A stretch of 64,000 nucleotides of DNA from an uncultured delta proteobacterium (GCA_963808625.1 CAWEHK010000029.1:32001-96000); one strand, 5' to 3'; shown: positions 39,855 to 50,879, numbered from the stretch's first letter. Notes: a model not told the origin generated them from the letters alone. Translations and numbers: made by a program.

Positions 39855-41411
39855 ATGAATAAAGCCTGGGCTTTGCGCTTCGAGCAATGGTGGTCGCCCG
39901 TTCTCTCGGCAGTGGTTCTGGGCGCCTTATGGGTGTGGTTGTATGGGACATCCTTCTCGCAGCTGCTGGGCCATTGGAACAGTGAGGACTATTCCTATTG
40001 TTATCTGGTGCCCCCCCTGGCCGCCTATCTCGCCTATCACCATCGCGAACTGCTGCAAAGGTCGGTGGGCGGGAAGGTGTGGCCGGGGCACCTCGGCTTG
40101 TTGGTGTCGGCCTGTCTGTTCCTCACGGGGAGGTTGGGTTCGCTCGAGACCCTGGTGTATCTGTCCATGTGGCTGTCCCTTTCCGCCATCCTCGTTGTGC
40201 TGCTGGGAACAGGTTCGCTGAGGGCTTTGAGGTTTCCGTTGGCCGTGCTCTTCTTTGCCATTCCCCTTCCCCCTTTCCTCACCCACCTCCTGACCTTCAA
40301 ACTGCGCCTGCTCTCCTCCGCCCTCGCGGTCGATGCGCTGCAGTTGCTGGGGATTTCCGCATACCGGGAGGGCAATATCATCGACCTTGGTTTCACCCGG
40401 CTCCAGGTTGTGGATGCCTGCAGCGGCCTGCGCTACCTGCTCCCAACGGTGCTTGTCGCCCTGGTCATGGGCTATCTCTTAAACCGGGGGGTTTGGGAGC
40501 GCCTGGTGCTGGTGGTTGCCGCGGGTCCGATATCGCTGCTGATTAATGCCATGCGCATTGTGGCTGTCGTTCTTTTGGCGAAGCATGTGTCGGCCCAATT
40601 CGCAGAGGAAAGTTTTCTGCACGATTTTCAGGGCTGGATCACGTTTATGGTTTCGGTCGCGCTCCTCCTGCTCATCAGCGTCCTGCTCCGCCGGGTTGCG
40701 GGGCGAAACGACCATCCGGCGCCTCTCCAAGTCCAACCTGCGGGGGGGGCGACCAAGGTGCACGACAGCCGCCCGTGGGTCCACCCATTGCTTGCCGCTC
40801 TGCTTCTTTTGACACTCCACTTTACCGGGGTTCACCTGGAGACTGCCCAGATGAAACCGGCGCGAAGCGATTTCTCGAGTTTTCCCATGACCATTGACGG
40901 CTGGACGGGGACAAGGGTCTTCCTCGAGCAAAGAATCCTGGAAAGTCTTTGGGCGGACGACTACGTCACAGGGACTTTCCTTCATCGTTCGACAGGGAAT
41001 TGCCTGCAATTGCTCATTTCCTACTATAACTCCCAGACCACGCAGCACACTGCCCATGCACCCACATCATGCCTCCTGGGCGGCGGCTGGGACCTTCTAA
41101 AGAAGCAGGAGCTTCCCCCCGACCCGGCAACCGGCCGCGCCTTTCCCGTGCAGCAGATGATCATGCAAAAGGATGGGCGGCTGCTCCTCTCGAACTTTTG
41201 GTTTCAACAAAGGGGCCGCGTGATAGCGAGCGAATACTGGAACAAACTCTATCTCTTCTGGGACGCCCTGACACTGCACCGCACCGACGGCGCCCTCGTG
41301 AGGGTCGAAATGCCGCTTTTGCCCGGACAGAGCGAAGAGCAGGCTCAGGGTGTACTCGACACCTATACCGTGGCACTGGGTGTTATGGTGAATGCCTATG
41401 TTCCTGACTGA
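39855..41411 (+). CDS. Exosortase fused to EpsI domain (XrtD/VPLPA-CTERM type likely)
   Basis: REGNII, VVDACSGLRY (catalytic Cys), NAMR, LHDFQG; EpsI-like HAPTSCLLGGGW and RTDGALVRV. Confidence 0.9.
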   Translation: MNKAWALRFEQWWSPVLSAVVLGALWVWLYGTSFSQLLGHWNSEDYSYCYLVPPLAAYLAYHHRELLQRSVGGKVWPGHLGLLVSACLFLTGRLGSLETLVYLSMWLSLSAILVVLLGTGSLRALRFPLAVLFFAIPLPPFLTHLLTFKLRLLSSALAVDALQLLGISAYREGNIIDLGFTRLQVVDACSGLRYLLPTVLVALVMGYLLNRGVWERLVLVVAAGPISLLINAMRIVAVVLLAKHVSAQFAEESFLHDFQGWITFMVSVALLLLISVLLRRVAGRNDHPAPLQVQPAGGATKVHDSRPWVHPLLAALLLLTLHFTGVHLETAQMKPARSDFSSFPMTIDGWTGTRVFLEQRILESLWADDYVTGTFLHRSTGNCLQLLISYYNSQTTQHTAHAPTSCLLGGGWDLLKKQELPPDPATGRAFPVQQMIMQKDGRLLLSNFWFQQRGRVIASEYWNKLYLFWDALTLHRTDGALVRVEMPLLPGQSEEQAQGVLDTYTVALGVMVNAYVPD

Positions 41412-41426
41412 AAGGAGTGAAGAGCA

Positions 41427-42038
41427 ATGATAAAATGGTTTATTGATTTTCCCGGGGTATGGAGGGTGGCGCTCTGTATCGCCTCACTGTGGTTTTTTGG
41501 TTGTGCTTTGGCTCAAGATCATAATGCGGCGCAGATGGAACCGGGTCCGCCCGGGGATTACCGGATGGCACCTTCGGATGTCCTCGAGATCACCATCTAT
41601 GGGGAAGAGGGGCTCACCAGAAACCAATTGGTGGTGCGCCCGGACGGGAAGGTCTCCTTTCCGTTGATTGGGGATGTGGAGGTGGGGGGATTGACCACCG
41701 TCCAGGTCAAAGAGGTGGTCGAAGAGAAGGTGCGTGCGTTTATCCCGGAAGCCGTGGCGGCAGTAAGCGTGATGCAGCTCGGGAGCCTGCAGTATTACGT
41801 GGTGGGAAAGGTCGCCAAACCCGGGATGTACAATGTTGCCAAGCCGCTCACCGTGCTCCAGGCCCTGGCCCTTGCCGGAGGTCCGGTCACATTTGCCAGG
41901 GAAGACAAAATCTCGATTTTGCGCAACCATGGCAAGGAAACCATAAGTCTCCCATTCAATTACGAAGAGATCAAAAAAGGCCGAAGCCTGGACCGGAATA
42001 TTCTGCTGGAACGAGGAGATGTGGTGGTGGTGCCATAA
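41427..42038 (+). CDS. Polysaccharide export lipoprotein (Wza/Poly_export + SLBB)
   Basis: DVLEI, VRPDGKVSFPLIG, VVGKVAKPG, GDVVVVP. Confidence 0.9.
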   Translation: MIKWFIDFPGVWRVALCIASLWFFGCALAQDHNAAQMEPGPPGDYRMAPSDVLEITIYGEEGLTRNQLVVRPDGKVSFPLIGDVEVGGLTTVQVKEVVEEKVRAFIPEAVAAVSVMQLGSLQYYVVGKVAKPGMYNVAKPLTVLQALALAGGPVTFAREDKISILRNHGKETISLPFNYEEIKKGRSLDRNILLERGDVVVVP

Positions 42039-42087
42039 AGGGCGGGTGGTGGGCAACAGCTTGAGGGGAGGGGGGCTTGTCTGGTCG

Positions 42088-43320
42088 ATGAGGTCTTCGG
42101 CTTTCAGCCGCAATATGTCGTGCCTGGTCGCCTGTGCGGTGCTCCTGCTGATACTCCGGGCAAGCGATGCGGGCTCGACTGACTGGTCGTTTTCGCCCTC
42201 GATCAGCGCATCCGAAACCTACGACAGCAACATCAATTTCCAGTTTCACGATAAGCAGAGCGACTTTATCACCTCAATCAAGCCCAAGTTTCTGCTTACC
42301 GGCCAGAGCGACAAGGACCGGTTCAGCCTCGACGCGACCGTGAACGGCATGATTTACGCCAGGAATAGCCAGCTCGACCGGGTTGAAACCTTCAACAACG
42401 CCGCCTGGATCCGGCAGTGGTCGGAGAGGTTTTCCACCGATCTCGGGGCCAATTTCACCAAGACCACAGCCCAGGAGAGTCAGCTTCAAGAGGCCGGTCT
42501 CCGGGCAATACTCGCGAACCAGTACCTCTACAACCTGCGAGCGAAAGGGACCTACGCCCTCACTGAACTGGTCTCTCTTTCCCTGGGGGGAAACGCCGGT
42601 CAGACCTGGTATCCCGAGAAACAATTCCCCAACTCGAACAGCGCCATGGGGAACTTGACCCTGGCGTGGAAACGCAGCGATTTTGACACGATCGGGTCGG
42701 ACTGGCTCTATTCCTATAAGCATTATCTGGACACGACCACCGACAACGTTCAGTTTTTCCGGCCCGGCCTTTACTGGCAGCACGTTTTCAGCGAGACCAC
42801 GTCCCTCCTGGTCGGCGCCGGCTATCGTTTCACGGCCATCAGCTATTACCAGTATGTCTTTGAACTCGATCCCCAGGTGAGGATCGTCAAGAAATGGTTT
42901 ACCAACACAAGCAGCACCTACGACTTTTGGGCAACCCTCAAAAAGAATTGGTCTGAGCGGCTCTCCGCCTCGCTTACCGCCGGCCGGGACCAATACAGCG
43001 ACGTCAGTGCGCAGACTTTCGACCACATGTATGTCGGGACCCAAATACAGTACGGCTTATCGGAATTGACCACGGTCAACTGCGGGTTGAGATACGACTA
43101 CAATGCGGAGATTCTGCAAGGAAATCAGAGATGGAATTACGTCAGCGTCAGCCCGTCCATCAACCGGAAACTGACCGAAGACCTCACGCTCAGATTGGCG
43201 GGGTCCTATCAATATCAGCTTCAAGACTATTCCATGACCAATTTCAGTCAAAGTGCCGATCGGTATGTTGCGTGGGTAGGGATTGTCTGGCAACTGCCAA
43301 GGCTGTGGGCTTCGAAGTGA
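42088..43320 (+). CDS. EPS-associated outer-membrane beta-barrel protein
   Basis: Signal peptide, ETYDSNI, aromatic-rich alternating strands; lies between wza and wzc. Confidence 0.75.
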   Translation: MRSSAFSRNMSCLVACAVLLLILRASDAGSTDWSFSPSISASETYDSNINFQFHDKQSDFITSIKPKFLLTGQSDKDRFSLDATVNGMIYARNSQLDRVETFNNAAWIRQWSERFSTDLGANFTKTTAQESQLQEAGLRAILANQYLYNLRAKGTYALTELVSLSLGGNAGQTWYPEKQFPNSNSAMGNLTLAWKRSDFDTIGSDWLYSYKHYLDTTTDNVQFFRPGLYWQHVFSETTSLLVGAGYRFTAISYYQYVFELDPQVRIVKKWFTNTSSTYDFWATLKKNWSERLSASLTAGRDQYSDVSAQTFDHMYVGTQIQYGLSELTTVNCGLRYDYNAEILQGNQRWNYVSVSPSINRKLTEDLTLRLAGSYQYQLQDYSMTNFSQSADRYVAWVGIVWQLPRLWASK

Positions 43321-43336
43321 GGAAGGAGAGGTGAAA

Positions 43337-45085
43337 ATGGAACAGGGTCAAGAACTGGCGAAGCTCAAGAGTATTGTCAAAAGGCGTAAAAAGTGGCTCA
43401 TTTTACCCTTTATCACGGTGGTGGTTGCGGTGACCGCAATCGCCCTGCTGCTTCCGGACATTTATAAATCCGCCGCCACCATTCTCATCCAGAACGCCAC
43501 CATTCCCGACAAACTCGCGGCCCCCACCATTACCAGCTATGCCGATCAGAGGATCAAGGCCATCACTCAGGAAATCACCTCCCGTTCGAAGGTCCTCGCA
43601 CTCGTCCAGAAATACGATCTTCTGCCGCAAAACAGAGATAAGCTGACCGCCGAAGAACTGGTTGATAAAGTCGCCAAGCGGATCAGCGTCGAAACCATCG
43701 ACGCCGAAGTCAAGAAGGACAACCAGGCCAAACCGGTGCTCCTGACTGTGGCTTTCACCCTTTCCTTCGAAGATGAAAGCGAGAAAAAGGCACAGATGGT
43801 CGCCAACGAGATCTCGTCGTACTTTATGGAGAAGAACCTCGATGCGCGGGAAAGGTATGCGCGGAGCACGGCGAAATTTTTCGAAGAAAAGCTGAAGCAG
43901 GTCAAAGCCCAGATGGACGGTTTTGAGTCCAGGCTGGCCGTTTATCGCCAGGAGCACCTCGATGAGCTGCCTGAATTTACCACGGTAAACATGCAAAAGC
44001 TCGAGAAGCTGAATGGTGATATCAGCAGCATCAACATGCAGGTGCGCTCCTTCGAGGAGCAGCGGGCCGCCATCAGGAGCCAACTGGCGTCAATCGACCC
44101 GTACTCGGGCGTCAACCCCCGTGTGATGAGCCCCCGGGAGCGGCTGCAGCAGGCCCAGTTGGAGCGTGCAACGCTGGTCGGCAAATATTCCGAAAAACAT
44201 CCCCTGGTGCAGGCCAAAAACCAGGAGATTGCCCTCCTGGAAGGAAAGTCCCAGGATACGGGGACCTTGGATCAACTGCGGGACCGCCTCCACCAGGCGG
44301 AACTCGAACTTGCCGATCTCAGCTCTCGCTATTCCGACGAACATCCGGCCAACAAACGCAAGGTGCATGAAATTGAACGGCTTAAGCGGGAGCTGGAAAT
44401 CGCCCGGGCCAAAGGGAAGGAACCCAGGGCCGCACCCGCTGAACGGCCGACGAACCCGGCCTACGTGACCCTGAAGTCCGATCTCGACAAAATGGAAGTT
44501 TCCCTCTCGTCCCTGAAGTCTGAAAAGGTGCGCATCGAGGAACAGATCAAGGTGGTTTATGATAAACTCCATGCCATGCCGCAGGTTTCGAGGGAGTATA
44601 ACGAGCTCACCACGGACTACCAGAATGCGAAGAACTACTACAACGACTTGCAGCAGAAGTTCCTTTCGGCCCAGCTGGCACAGGGTATGGAAGAAGGGCA
44701 ACTGGGGGAAAGCTTCCAGGTCATCGAGCCGGCCTTTCTTCCGGAAAAGCCCGCCCGCCCCAATCGCCTGGCCATCATCCTCATCGGCGTCGTCTTCGGC
44801 ATAGGCCTTTCCCTTGGCCTGGCAGCAGTCCGCGAATTCACGGACAATACTCTGCGTGACGCTGAAACGCTCGAACAGCTCACCGGCATGCCGATTTTTT
44901 CCGTGATCCCGCGCATCCTGACAGAAAGAGACCAGGTCCGCATGAAGCGAAAAAAGCTTGCATGGGCCACGGGGACGGTGGTGGGGGTGGCTGCAGCGGT
45001 GCTGCTCTTCCACTTCTTCGTAGTGGATCTTTACGTCTTCTATGCCAAACTGGAACGCTTCCTTTACCGAAAGCTTCCCGTCTGA
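43337..45085 (+). CDS. Polysaccharide co-polymerase / chain-length regulator (GumC/Wzc N-part)
   Basis: N-terminal TM, YSEKHP and YSDEHP motifs, coiled coils, VIEPAFLPEKPARPNR, C-terminal TMs. Confidence 0.9.
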   Translation: MEQGQELAKLKSIVKRRKKWLILPFITVVVAVTAIALLLPDIYKSAATILIQNATIPDKLAAPTITSYADQRIKAITQEITSRSKVLALVQKYDLLPQNRDKLTAEELVDKVAKRISVETIDAEVKKDNQAKPVLLTVAFTLSFEDESEKKAQMVANEISSYFMEKNLDARERYARSTAKFFEEKLKQVKAQMDGFESRLAVYRQEHLDELPEFTTVNMQKLEKLNGDISSINMQVRSFEEQRAAIRSQLASIDPYSGVNPRVMSPRERLQQAQLERATLVGKYSEKHPLVQAKNQEIALLEGKSQDTGTLDQLRDRLHQAELELADLSSRYSDEHPANKRKVHEIERLKRELEIARAKGKEPRAAPAERPTNPAYVTLKSDLDKMEVSLSSLKSEKVRIEEQIKVVYDKLHAMPQVSREYNELTTDYQNAKNYYNDLQQKFLSAQLAQGMEEGQLGESFQVIEPAFLPEKPARPNRLAIILIGVVFGIGLSLGLAAVREFTDNTLRDAETLEQLTGMPIFSVIPRILTERDQVRMKRKKLAWATGTVVGVAAAVLLFHFFVVDLYVFYAKLERFLYRKLPV

Positions 45086-45233
45086 TTTTCACCGCCGAGA
45101 GCCCAGGCCATCCTTCGGCCGCGGGCAAGGCATATTCACCACAGCAGAGACCGCAGAGAAAGCACAGATAACGTTTAGGGTTAACCGACCCCTCTCCCTG
45201 TGGAAGAGGGGTCGAGGGAGAGTGGAGCAAAGA

Positions 45234-46049
45234 ATGAGTCAATTCAAGAAGGCGCTCGATAAAGCCAGGGCGGAAGAACTGATCCATGATCGGGTTGAGG
45301 AACCAGGGGAAATGCCGGGGGCAGAGATTGGGAAGAAAGAGATGCCAATCTCCTGCACCCGGACCAGGGTGGTCGATGTCTCCGCAGCAGATCTCCTGAA
45401 GAGGAGGATTGTTGCGGTGGAAGACAAGAGCTATCTCTCCGATCAGTTCAAACGCTTGAGCACAAGGCTGCTGAGGCAGACGCGCCGGAACGGGTGGAAT
45501 ACGATCCAGGTCACCGGGTTTGGCGCGGAGGAAGGGAAGAGCCTGGTGGCAGTGAATCTGGCGATCAGCATCGCTCATGATACGCGCCAGACGGCCGTCC
45601 TGGTCGAGCTCGATTTTCGCCGGCCGACAATGGCGCAACTCCTGGGCTTGAGCCCAAAGACCCCTGGGCTCACCTCCTATTTCTATGAGGGAGCAGCCCT
45701 CGAAGACCTCTTCGTCAGTCCCGGTATTCCCAAGTTGGCGGTCCTGACTGCCGGCGGGCATGTGAGCAGGTCGACCGAACTCGTCGGTTCTGCCAAAATG
45801 GAGGCCCTCATTAAGGAATTGAAGCATCGCCACGACGATCGTTATGTGATCCTCGATACGCCGGGGATCGGCGTCTGTTCGGATGCCCTCGTGATCGGCG
45901 AATACGTCGACGCCATCCTGCTCGTAGCCCGTGTGGATGCCACCTCCCAGGAGAGCATCAGGGCCGCCATGGCCCATATCAACAGGGGAAAAGTGCTCGG
46001 CGTGGTGCTGAACGACGTCTCACCCAAAGACACGAATGGTTATTACTAA
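45234..46049 (+). CDS. CpsD/CapB-type tyrosine kinase
   Basis: EEGKSLVAVNLA, DFRRP, VILDTP, C-terminal GYY. Confidence 0.88.
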   Translation: MSQFKKALDKARAEELIHDRVEEPGEMPGAEIGKKEMPISCTRTRVVDVSAADLLKRRIVAVEDKSYLSDQFKRLSTRLLRQTRRNGWNTIQVTGFGAEEGKSLVAVNLAISIAHDTRQTAVLVELDFRRPTMAQLLGLSPKTPGLTSYFYEGAALEDLFVSPGIPKLAVLTAGGHVSRSTELVGSAKMEALIKELKHRHDDRYVILDTPGIGVCSDALVIGEYVDAILLVARVDATSQESIRAAMAHINRGKVLGVVLNDVSPKDTNGYY

Positions 46050-46185
46050 CTGACGAGAACAGCGCTCGGCAAGTCAAGTGGCTGAGCTCCAGACAGGGGG
46101 GAAGTCCACTCGCCCGTGACCGAACTGAAGAAGCAATTGGCTGAGGTGAAGGATAAGAAAAGATCCGGCAGACAATGGAGGATAT

Positions 46186-48589
46186 GTGGAAGTGACAAAC
46201 AAGAGCAGGTGGTTGCTTGGGGTAGCTGTCGTTATTCTGGGGATGGCCCTCACGCTGTGGGGGTGCAGTACGAAAGAGGAAAAGGCCGCGGCCTTCATCT
46301 CCAAGGGGGACCGCCTGCTCGCCGAGGGAGACCCGGTGCGGGCCATCCTCGAGTACAAAAACGCCCTGCAAATGGACCCCAGGAACGCCACGGCGACCCT
46401 CGGGCTGGGCAAGGCGCTCCTGCAGCAGGAGGAGTACCAGAGGGCCATGTCTGCCTTCAGGTCGGCGCTGGAGTTGAATCCGGAATTCGATGAGGCGCGA
46501 GTGCAAGTGGCCTGGCTCCTTGCCATGAGCAAAAACGGCCAGCCCGCTCTCCTGGAAGTGGCGCAAATCAAGCATCCTGAAGCATATCAGCCGAAAGTGG
46601 ACCTCATCAAGGCGCGGGCATTGATGAGCTCCGAGCGCTATCAGGAGGCCATCGACATTCTCTCGCAGGTCAAAGACGGGCCGCAGAACCAGGAGGTCCA
46701 GACCCTGCTGGCGATCTCCTTCCAGGCGGTTGGTGCAGCGGACAAGATGAAGCAGGCCGTTGCCGCCTGGCGCGAGCTTACTCCGGCTGACCCGGCCTCC
46801 TACCTCTTCATGGCCCAATATGCCCTGGATCACGGCGAGAAGGGGAAGGTCATCGAAGAACTGCAAAAAATGCTGGACGCCGGCCAGGGAGACAACAGGG
46901 TCGCCCTGCTCCGGGCGCAATTCCTTGATCGCTGGGGATTTGCCGAAGAGGCCCAGGCTGCTTATGAGGGCCTGCCTCCCTCTCCGGAGATCCAGGCCGC
47001 GCAGGCCGACTTCTGGATCAGGATGGGGAATCGCCAAAAGGCGCGTTCAATCCTCGAGGACCTGATCGCTTCGACCCCGCACGACGTCCCGGCGGTAATC
47101 AAGCTGGCCCGGCTTCTGACCGAAGATAACGAGCAGAAAGGGGCTTTGGAGCTGATCGAGAATACCTTGAAACGCGACCTGAAAAGGCCGGACCGGGAAG
47201 CGGTACTCCTCGCCAAAGCCACATTGATGGCGCAGCAGGCCGATTGGGAGGGGGCTAGAAAACTCTGCGACGCGTTACTGGCCCAAAATCAGGGGAACCT
47301 GGACGCTCATTTCCTGCTCGGGAAGGTCCTGCTTGGTGTCCGCAATCCCGGCGGACGCCGAGATTCAATTGAGCCAGGTCGCCGTCGCCCGCCCCAATGA
47401 TGAAGAAGCGCAACTGCTGCTCGTTCGGAGCCAGGGTCTTAACAAGAAGGAAGCCCTCGCCGTGGACACCCTGAGGCGGGCGGTGGAGACCAATCCGGAA
47501 AGCGCCCGGTTGCGGCTCGAGCTTTTCTATTACCTGGCGGGCAAGGGGGAAGCCGATCAGGCTTTCAGGGTTTTGGAAAAAGGGCTGGAGCTTCAGCCGA
47601 CCAATCTCATGCTCCTGAGAGCCGCAGGGCGAGTTTGAAGCCAATCAGAAGAACTTCGCCCGAGCGGAACAGAAGTTTCGAAGGATTATCGAAATCCAAC
47701 CGCACTTGCCCCTTGGTTATATGGAAATGGGGCAGCTCATGCTCGTCCAGTCAAAATTGAACGAGGCGAGCACCTGGTTTCTGAAGGCCCTCGATGCGGA
47801 AAATGGCTGGCGGACTGCCGTTCCCGCCCTGGCCAGAGTTTACCTGCTGCAGAATAACCCGGATCGGGCCCGCTCCTTTCTCCAGCGTGAAGTTGGAAAT
47901 GCGCCCCGATGCGCCTCAGATTCACTATTTCCAGGGGCGGTTGCTCCAGGCGACGGGCGACCTCCCCGACGCCGAAAAGGCTTTCCTGAAAGCCGTCGAG
48001 CTTGCCCCGCAGTGGCCGGATGCTCACGCCGGCCTTGCTGGAGCCTACGTGCAACAGGGAAAGCTCAACGAGGCGATTGCGAAATTCGAGGAAAGCTATC
48101 GCCGGCAGCCTTCGCTTCCCATCCGCATGCAGCTGGCGATGCTCTATGATCTCGGAGGCCGCTACGACGATGCCATCCGCGTCTACCAGGAACTGCTGAA
48201 GGAAGCCAATCAGTCTCCGGCCATTTTGAACAACCTGGCTTATCTCTATGCTGAGCATGCATCCGACAGGAACATGCTGGCCGAAGGGAGCAAATTGATG
48301 GTCCAGGCCCTGGCTCAAGAACCCGAGAACCCGAATCTACTCGACACCTCGGCGTGGCTGGCCTACCGGCAGGGAGACCTCGACGGCGCCTGGCGGTACG
48401 TCCAGGATGCCCAGGCGCGGTCACCGCAGTCGGCCGTGCACCATCTGCACGCTGCCGAAATCCTCCATGCGCGGGGCGAAAAGGAGTATGGCATTGGAAT
48501 ACGTGAACAAGGCCCTGGCGCTTCAGATGGACCCGACATCCAGAGAAAAGGCCGAGGCGCTCAAGCAGGAGTGGGTCGCCAGCAGATGA
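46186..48589 (+). CDS. TPR-repeat lipoprotein (PrsT-like), several frameshifts
   Basis: Lipobox LWGC, EYKNALQMDP, many TPRs, LNNLAYLY...LLDTSAW across consecutive fragments. Confidence 0.82.
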
Positions 48590-48604
48590 TCCGCCAGGGA
48601 CGAC

Positions 48605-48650
48605 AAAAAAAAAAGAGGCAGGGCCATTCGCGAACCCTGCCTTTTTTGTT
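48605..48650. terminator. Bidirectional intrinsic terminator
   Basis: A-run, aggcaggg/ccctgcct stem, T-run; lies between convergent genes. Confidence 0.85.
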
Positions 48651-48676
48651 CGGAGGGGTGTCAGCAGTCTGGCAGT

Positions 48677-49294
48677 CTAACCGCGGAAGGTTCTCCTGAA
48701 CCCGATGAGCCCCAGCAAACCTGAGCCCAAGAGCCAAGCCGTTGGAGGAATCGGGACGGCAGTATTGCCCACAAGCGTGACGGTAACGGCCTTGTCGCCG
48801 GAATCCTGTTTATGATTGTTGTTCGTATCCCATACAATATTCAAAATTCCCTGTGAACTGCCAAGCGTGGACCAGGAGTTGTAGCCTTCCCTCAACTCCA
48901 GCATCCTGGCTCCACCGTAACTGTCTTTCGGGAGCGCTAACTTGAAATCTAACGTGAAACTGGATGGCAGGGACTGAAAGTCGATCCCGCCGGAGCCTTT
49001 GCCCATCGAGTTCCATTGCCCATAGTTGTAGGAAGTACCATCAAGGTCTTGGTAGGTTCCCGAGTTGCCACCCAATTTGAAGTTGAGAGTACCTCTTCCG
49101 TTCAAGTCCATTTGAGCGATGGAGAGATTGATCTTCCCTCCCAATGAATCGGATACATCGAAGTACTCATCACTGGGATAAGCCCCTTGAGGAGAAATAA
49201 TTGGAGATGCTGAGCACACTTGTGCTCCAAACAATAGGAACACCGTCATCGACATCAACATAAGGAATAAACTTAACCTAATTTTACCTTTCAT
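48677..49294 (-). CDS. VPLPA/PEP-CTERM sorting-domain surface protein
   Basis: Signal peptide; C-terminus AVPIPPTAWLLGSGLLGLIGFRRTFRG (motif + TM + basic tail). Confidence 0.92.
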   Translation of the reverse strand: MKGKIRLSLFLMLMSMTVFLLFGAQVCSASPIISPQGAYPSDEYFDVSDSLGGKINLSIAQMDLNGRGTLNFKLGGNSGTYQDLDGTSYNYGQWNSMGKGSGGIDFQSLPSSFTLDFKLALPKDSYGGARMLELREGYNSWSTLGSSQGILNIVWDTNNNHKQDSGDKAVTVTLVGNTAVPIPPTAWLLGSGLLGLIGFRRTFRG

Positions 49295-49471
49295 CGCACT
49301 TTTCTCTCCTTCCTAATGACATAAATGTTGCCCGTAATCCTTTGGAGTAATGATGAACGAGATACAACCAACGCCTTTGGACAATTTATCACCCCCTTTT
49401 GTCGAGTTCGTGTCCTGCAGAACTCCTCAGATCAGGCATAACAGCCACAGAGCCACCTCTCACTTTTTCCC

Positions 49472-49553
49472 TTCGGGCAACCCGGCTGTCTTATCTTGTC
49501 GAAGGATCCGTGGCTTTCCGTCCCCATCTCACGATGGGTTTGGCCTTTTCACA
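49472..49553 (-). ncRNA. c-di-GMP-I (GEMM-I) class riboswitch aptamer
   Basis: Minus strand reads AAAAGGCCAAACCCAUCGUGAGAUGGGGACGGAAAGCCACGGAUCC...GACAGCCGGGUUGCC, about 180 nt upstream of the VPLPA-CTERM gene. Confidence 0.88.
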
Positions 49554-49943
49554 GAACCGTGGTGACTTCTAGGTTGATTTAGTGAATACAAACCCCCGTT
49601 GTCACTGTAAAGGGCCATTCTGGGGGTGAAAAAGGGGTCACCAGGCTTACCCATGATGCGAATAAAGCCTCTACAATCGATCAGTTATAGACAGTACAGA
49701 GTAGTGGAAGGGATGGTTTATTATCGTTGACATCCCACAACACCCCCTGGATTTCATGCGATTTTCCAGACCCATCAAGTCCTCTTTGGCAATAGCCTGT
49801 AAACGATCAATTAGGGCTTGCCGGCGCATCGAACGGAGGGTTATAGAATCTCCAGGGTTTCAACTCTCCATTCCTTGCAGGGTCGGTTTTATCCTCGCCC
49901 TCGGTGGCGACAGACTTTGTTATGATTTGTGTAGAAGGATTTC

Positions 49944-50879
49944 ATGATGCTCCAGCAAAATGAAGTAAGCGGCTTAGAAAAGTACAGAGATGCTCCCATC
50001 CTCATCGTCGATGATGACCAAAGCAGTTGCATGTTCATTGAGCACGCTATTTCCTCACTGGGGATGAAACCGGAGAGCGTTAACCGAATGTCCTCGGCAA
50101 GGAACCGTATCGAGCAAAACCGTTATGATGTTATTATACTTGATGTTTACCTGGCAGAATGTATGGGGCTCGACCTCATCCCGGAAATAAAGAAATTTTG
50201 TCCGGAAACAAAGATCATTGTCGTGACCGGGTTTGCAGATAAGGACATAGCCATTAGAGCGTTGAGATTAGGGGCCTTTGACCTTCTGGAGAAACCCTTC
50301 GAAGCTGAGCTCATCGATCATGCCCTGTACAGCGCTTTCGAGGTCCTCCAGGCAGAGCGACAAATCAAGAGGCTCATCAAAGACCTTGAAGCCGCCAGGA
50401 CAAGCGAGCTTCTTACCAACAAGGAGCACCTGGAATCGCTTACCGGCAGGCTCATTGAAACCAATAAGGCTTTGTCTTTGTTTGCGCAGAATATCGAACT
50501 GGAACGAGAGCAGATGGAAAAACAGGTCGCCCTCAGAATCAGATCTCTTGTGCTCCCGTTGCTTGAGAAGCTTCAAAAAGACGATAACCTCCGCATATAC
50601 AGGTTCGACTTGGATCTACTGAGAAAACAGATAGGAGACTTGACTACGACTTTCACGGCGGACGCACGACTTGCTGCGGCGCTTTCTCATGCTGAGCTGC
50701 GCATCGCCTCTCTCATTAAAAATGGTTTGAGCACTGAACAGATAGCCGAGCATCTTCATGTTTCATCCGCCACCGTCAGAACTCACAGGAAAAACATCCG
50801 AAAGAAATTAAAGATCAACAATTCTCAATACAACCTTCGCAACTTCTTATCTTCAAAAAACGGCTTATCAGACTCCTGA
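49944..50879 (+). CDS. Response regulator (receiver + coiled coil + LuxR HTH)
   Basis: ILIVDDD, ILDVYL, LLEKPF; C-terminal IAEHLHVSSATVRTHRKNIRKKL. Confidence 0.9.
   Translation: MMLQQNEVSGLEKYRDAPILIVDDDQSSCMFIEHAISSLGMKPESVNRMSSARNRIEQNRYDVIILDVYLAECMGLDLIPEIKKFCPETKIIVVTGFADKDIAIRALRLGAFDLLEKPFEAELIDHALYSAFEVLQAERQIKRLIKDLEAARTSELLTNKEHLESLTGRLIETNKALSLFAQNIELEREQMEKQVALRIRSLVLPLLEKLQKDDNLRIYRFDLDLLRKQIGDLTTTFTADARLAAALSHAELRIASLIKNGLSTEQIAEHLHVSSATVRTHRKNIRKKLKINNSQYNLRNFLSSKNGLSDS

Noticed and set aside
44090..47037. Long minus-strand ORFs (307, 365 and 352 aa)
   Set aside because: Antisense shadows of well-supported GC-rich plus-strand genes.
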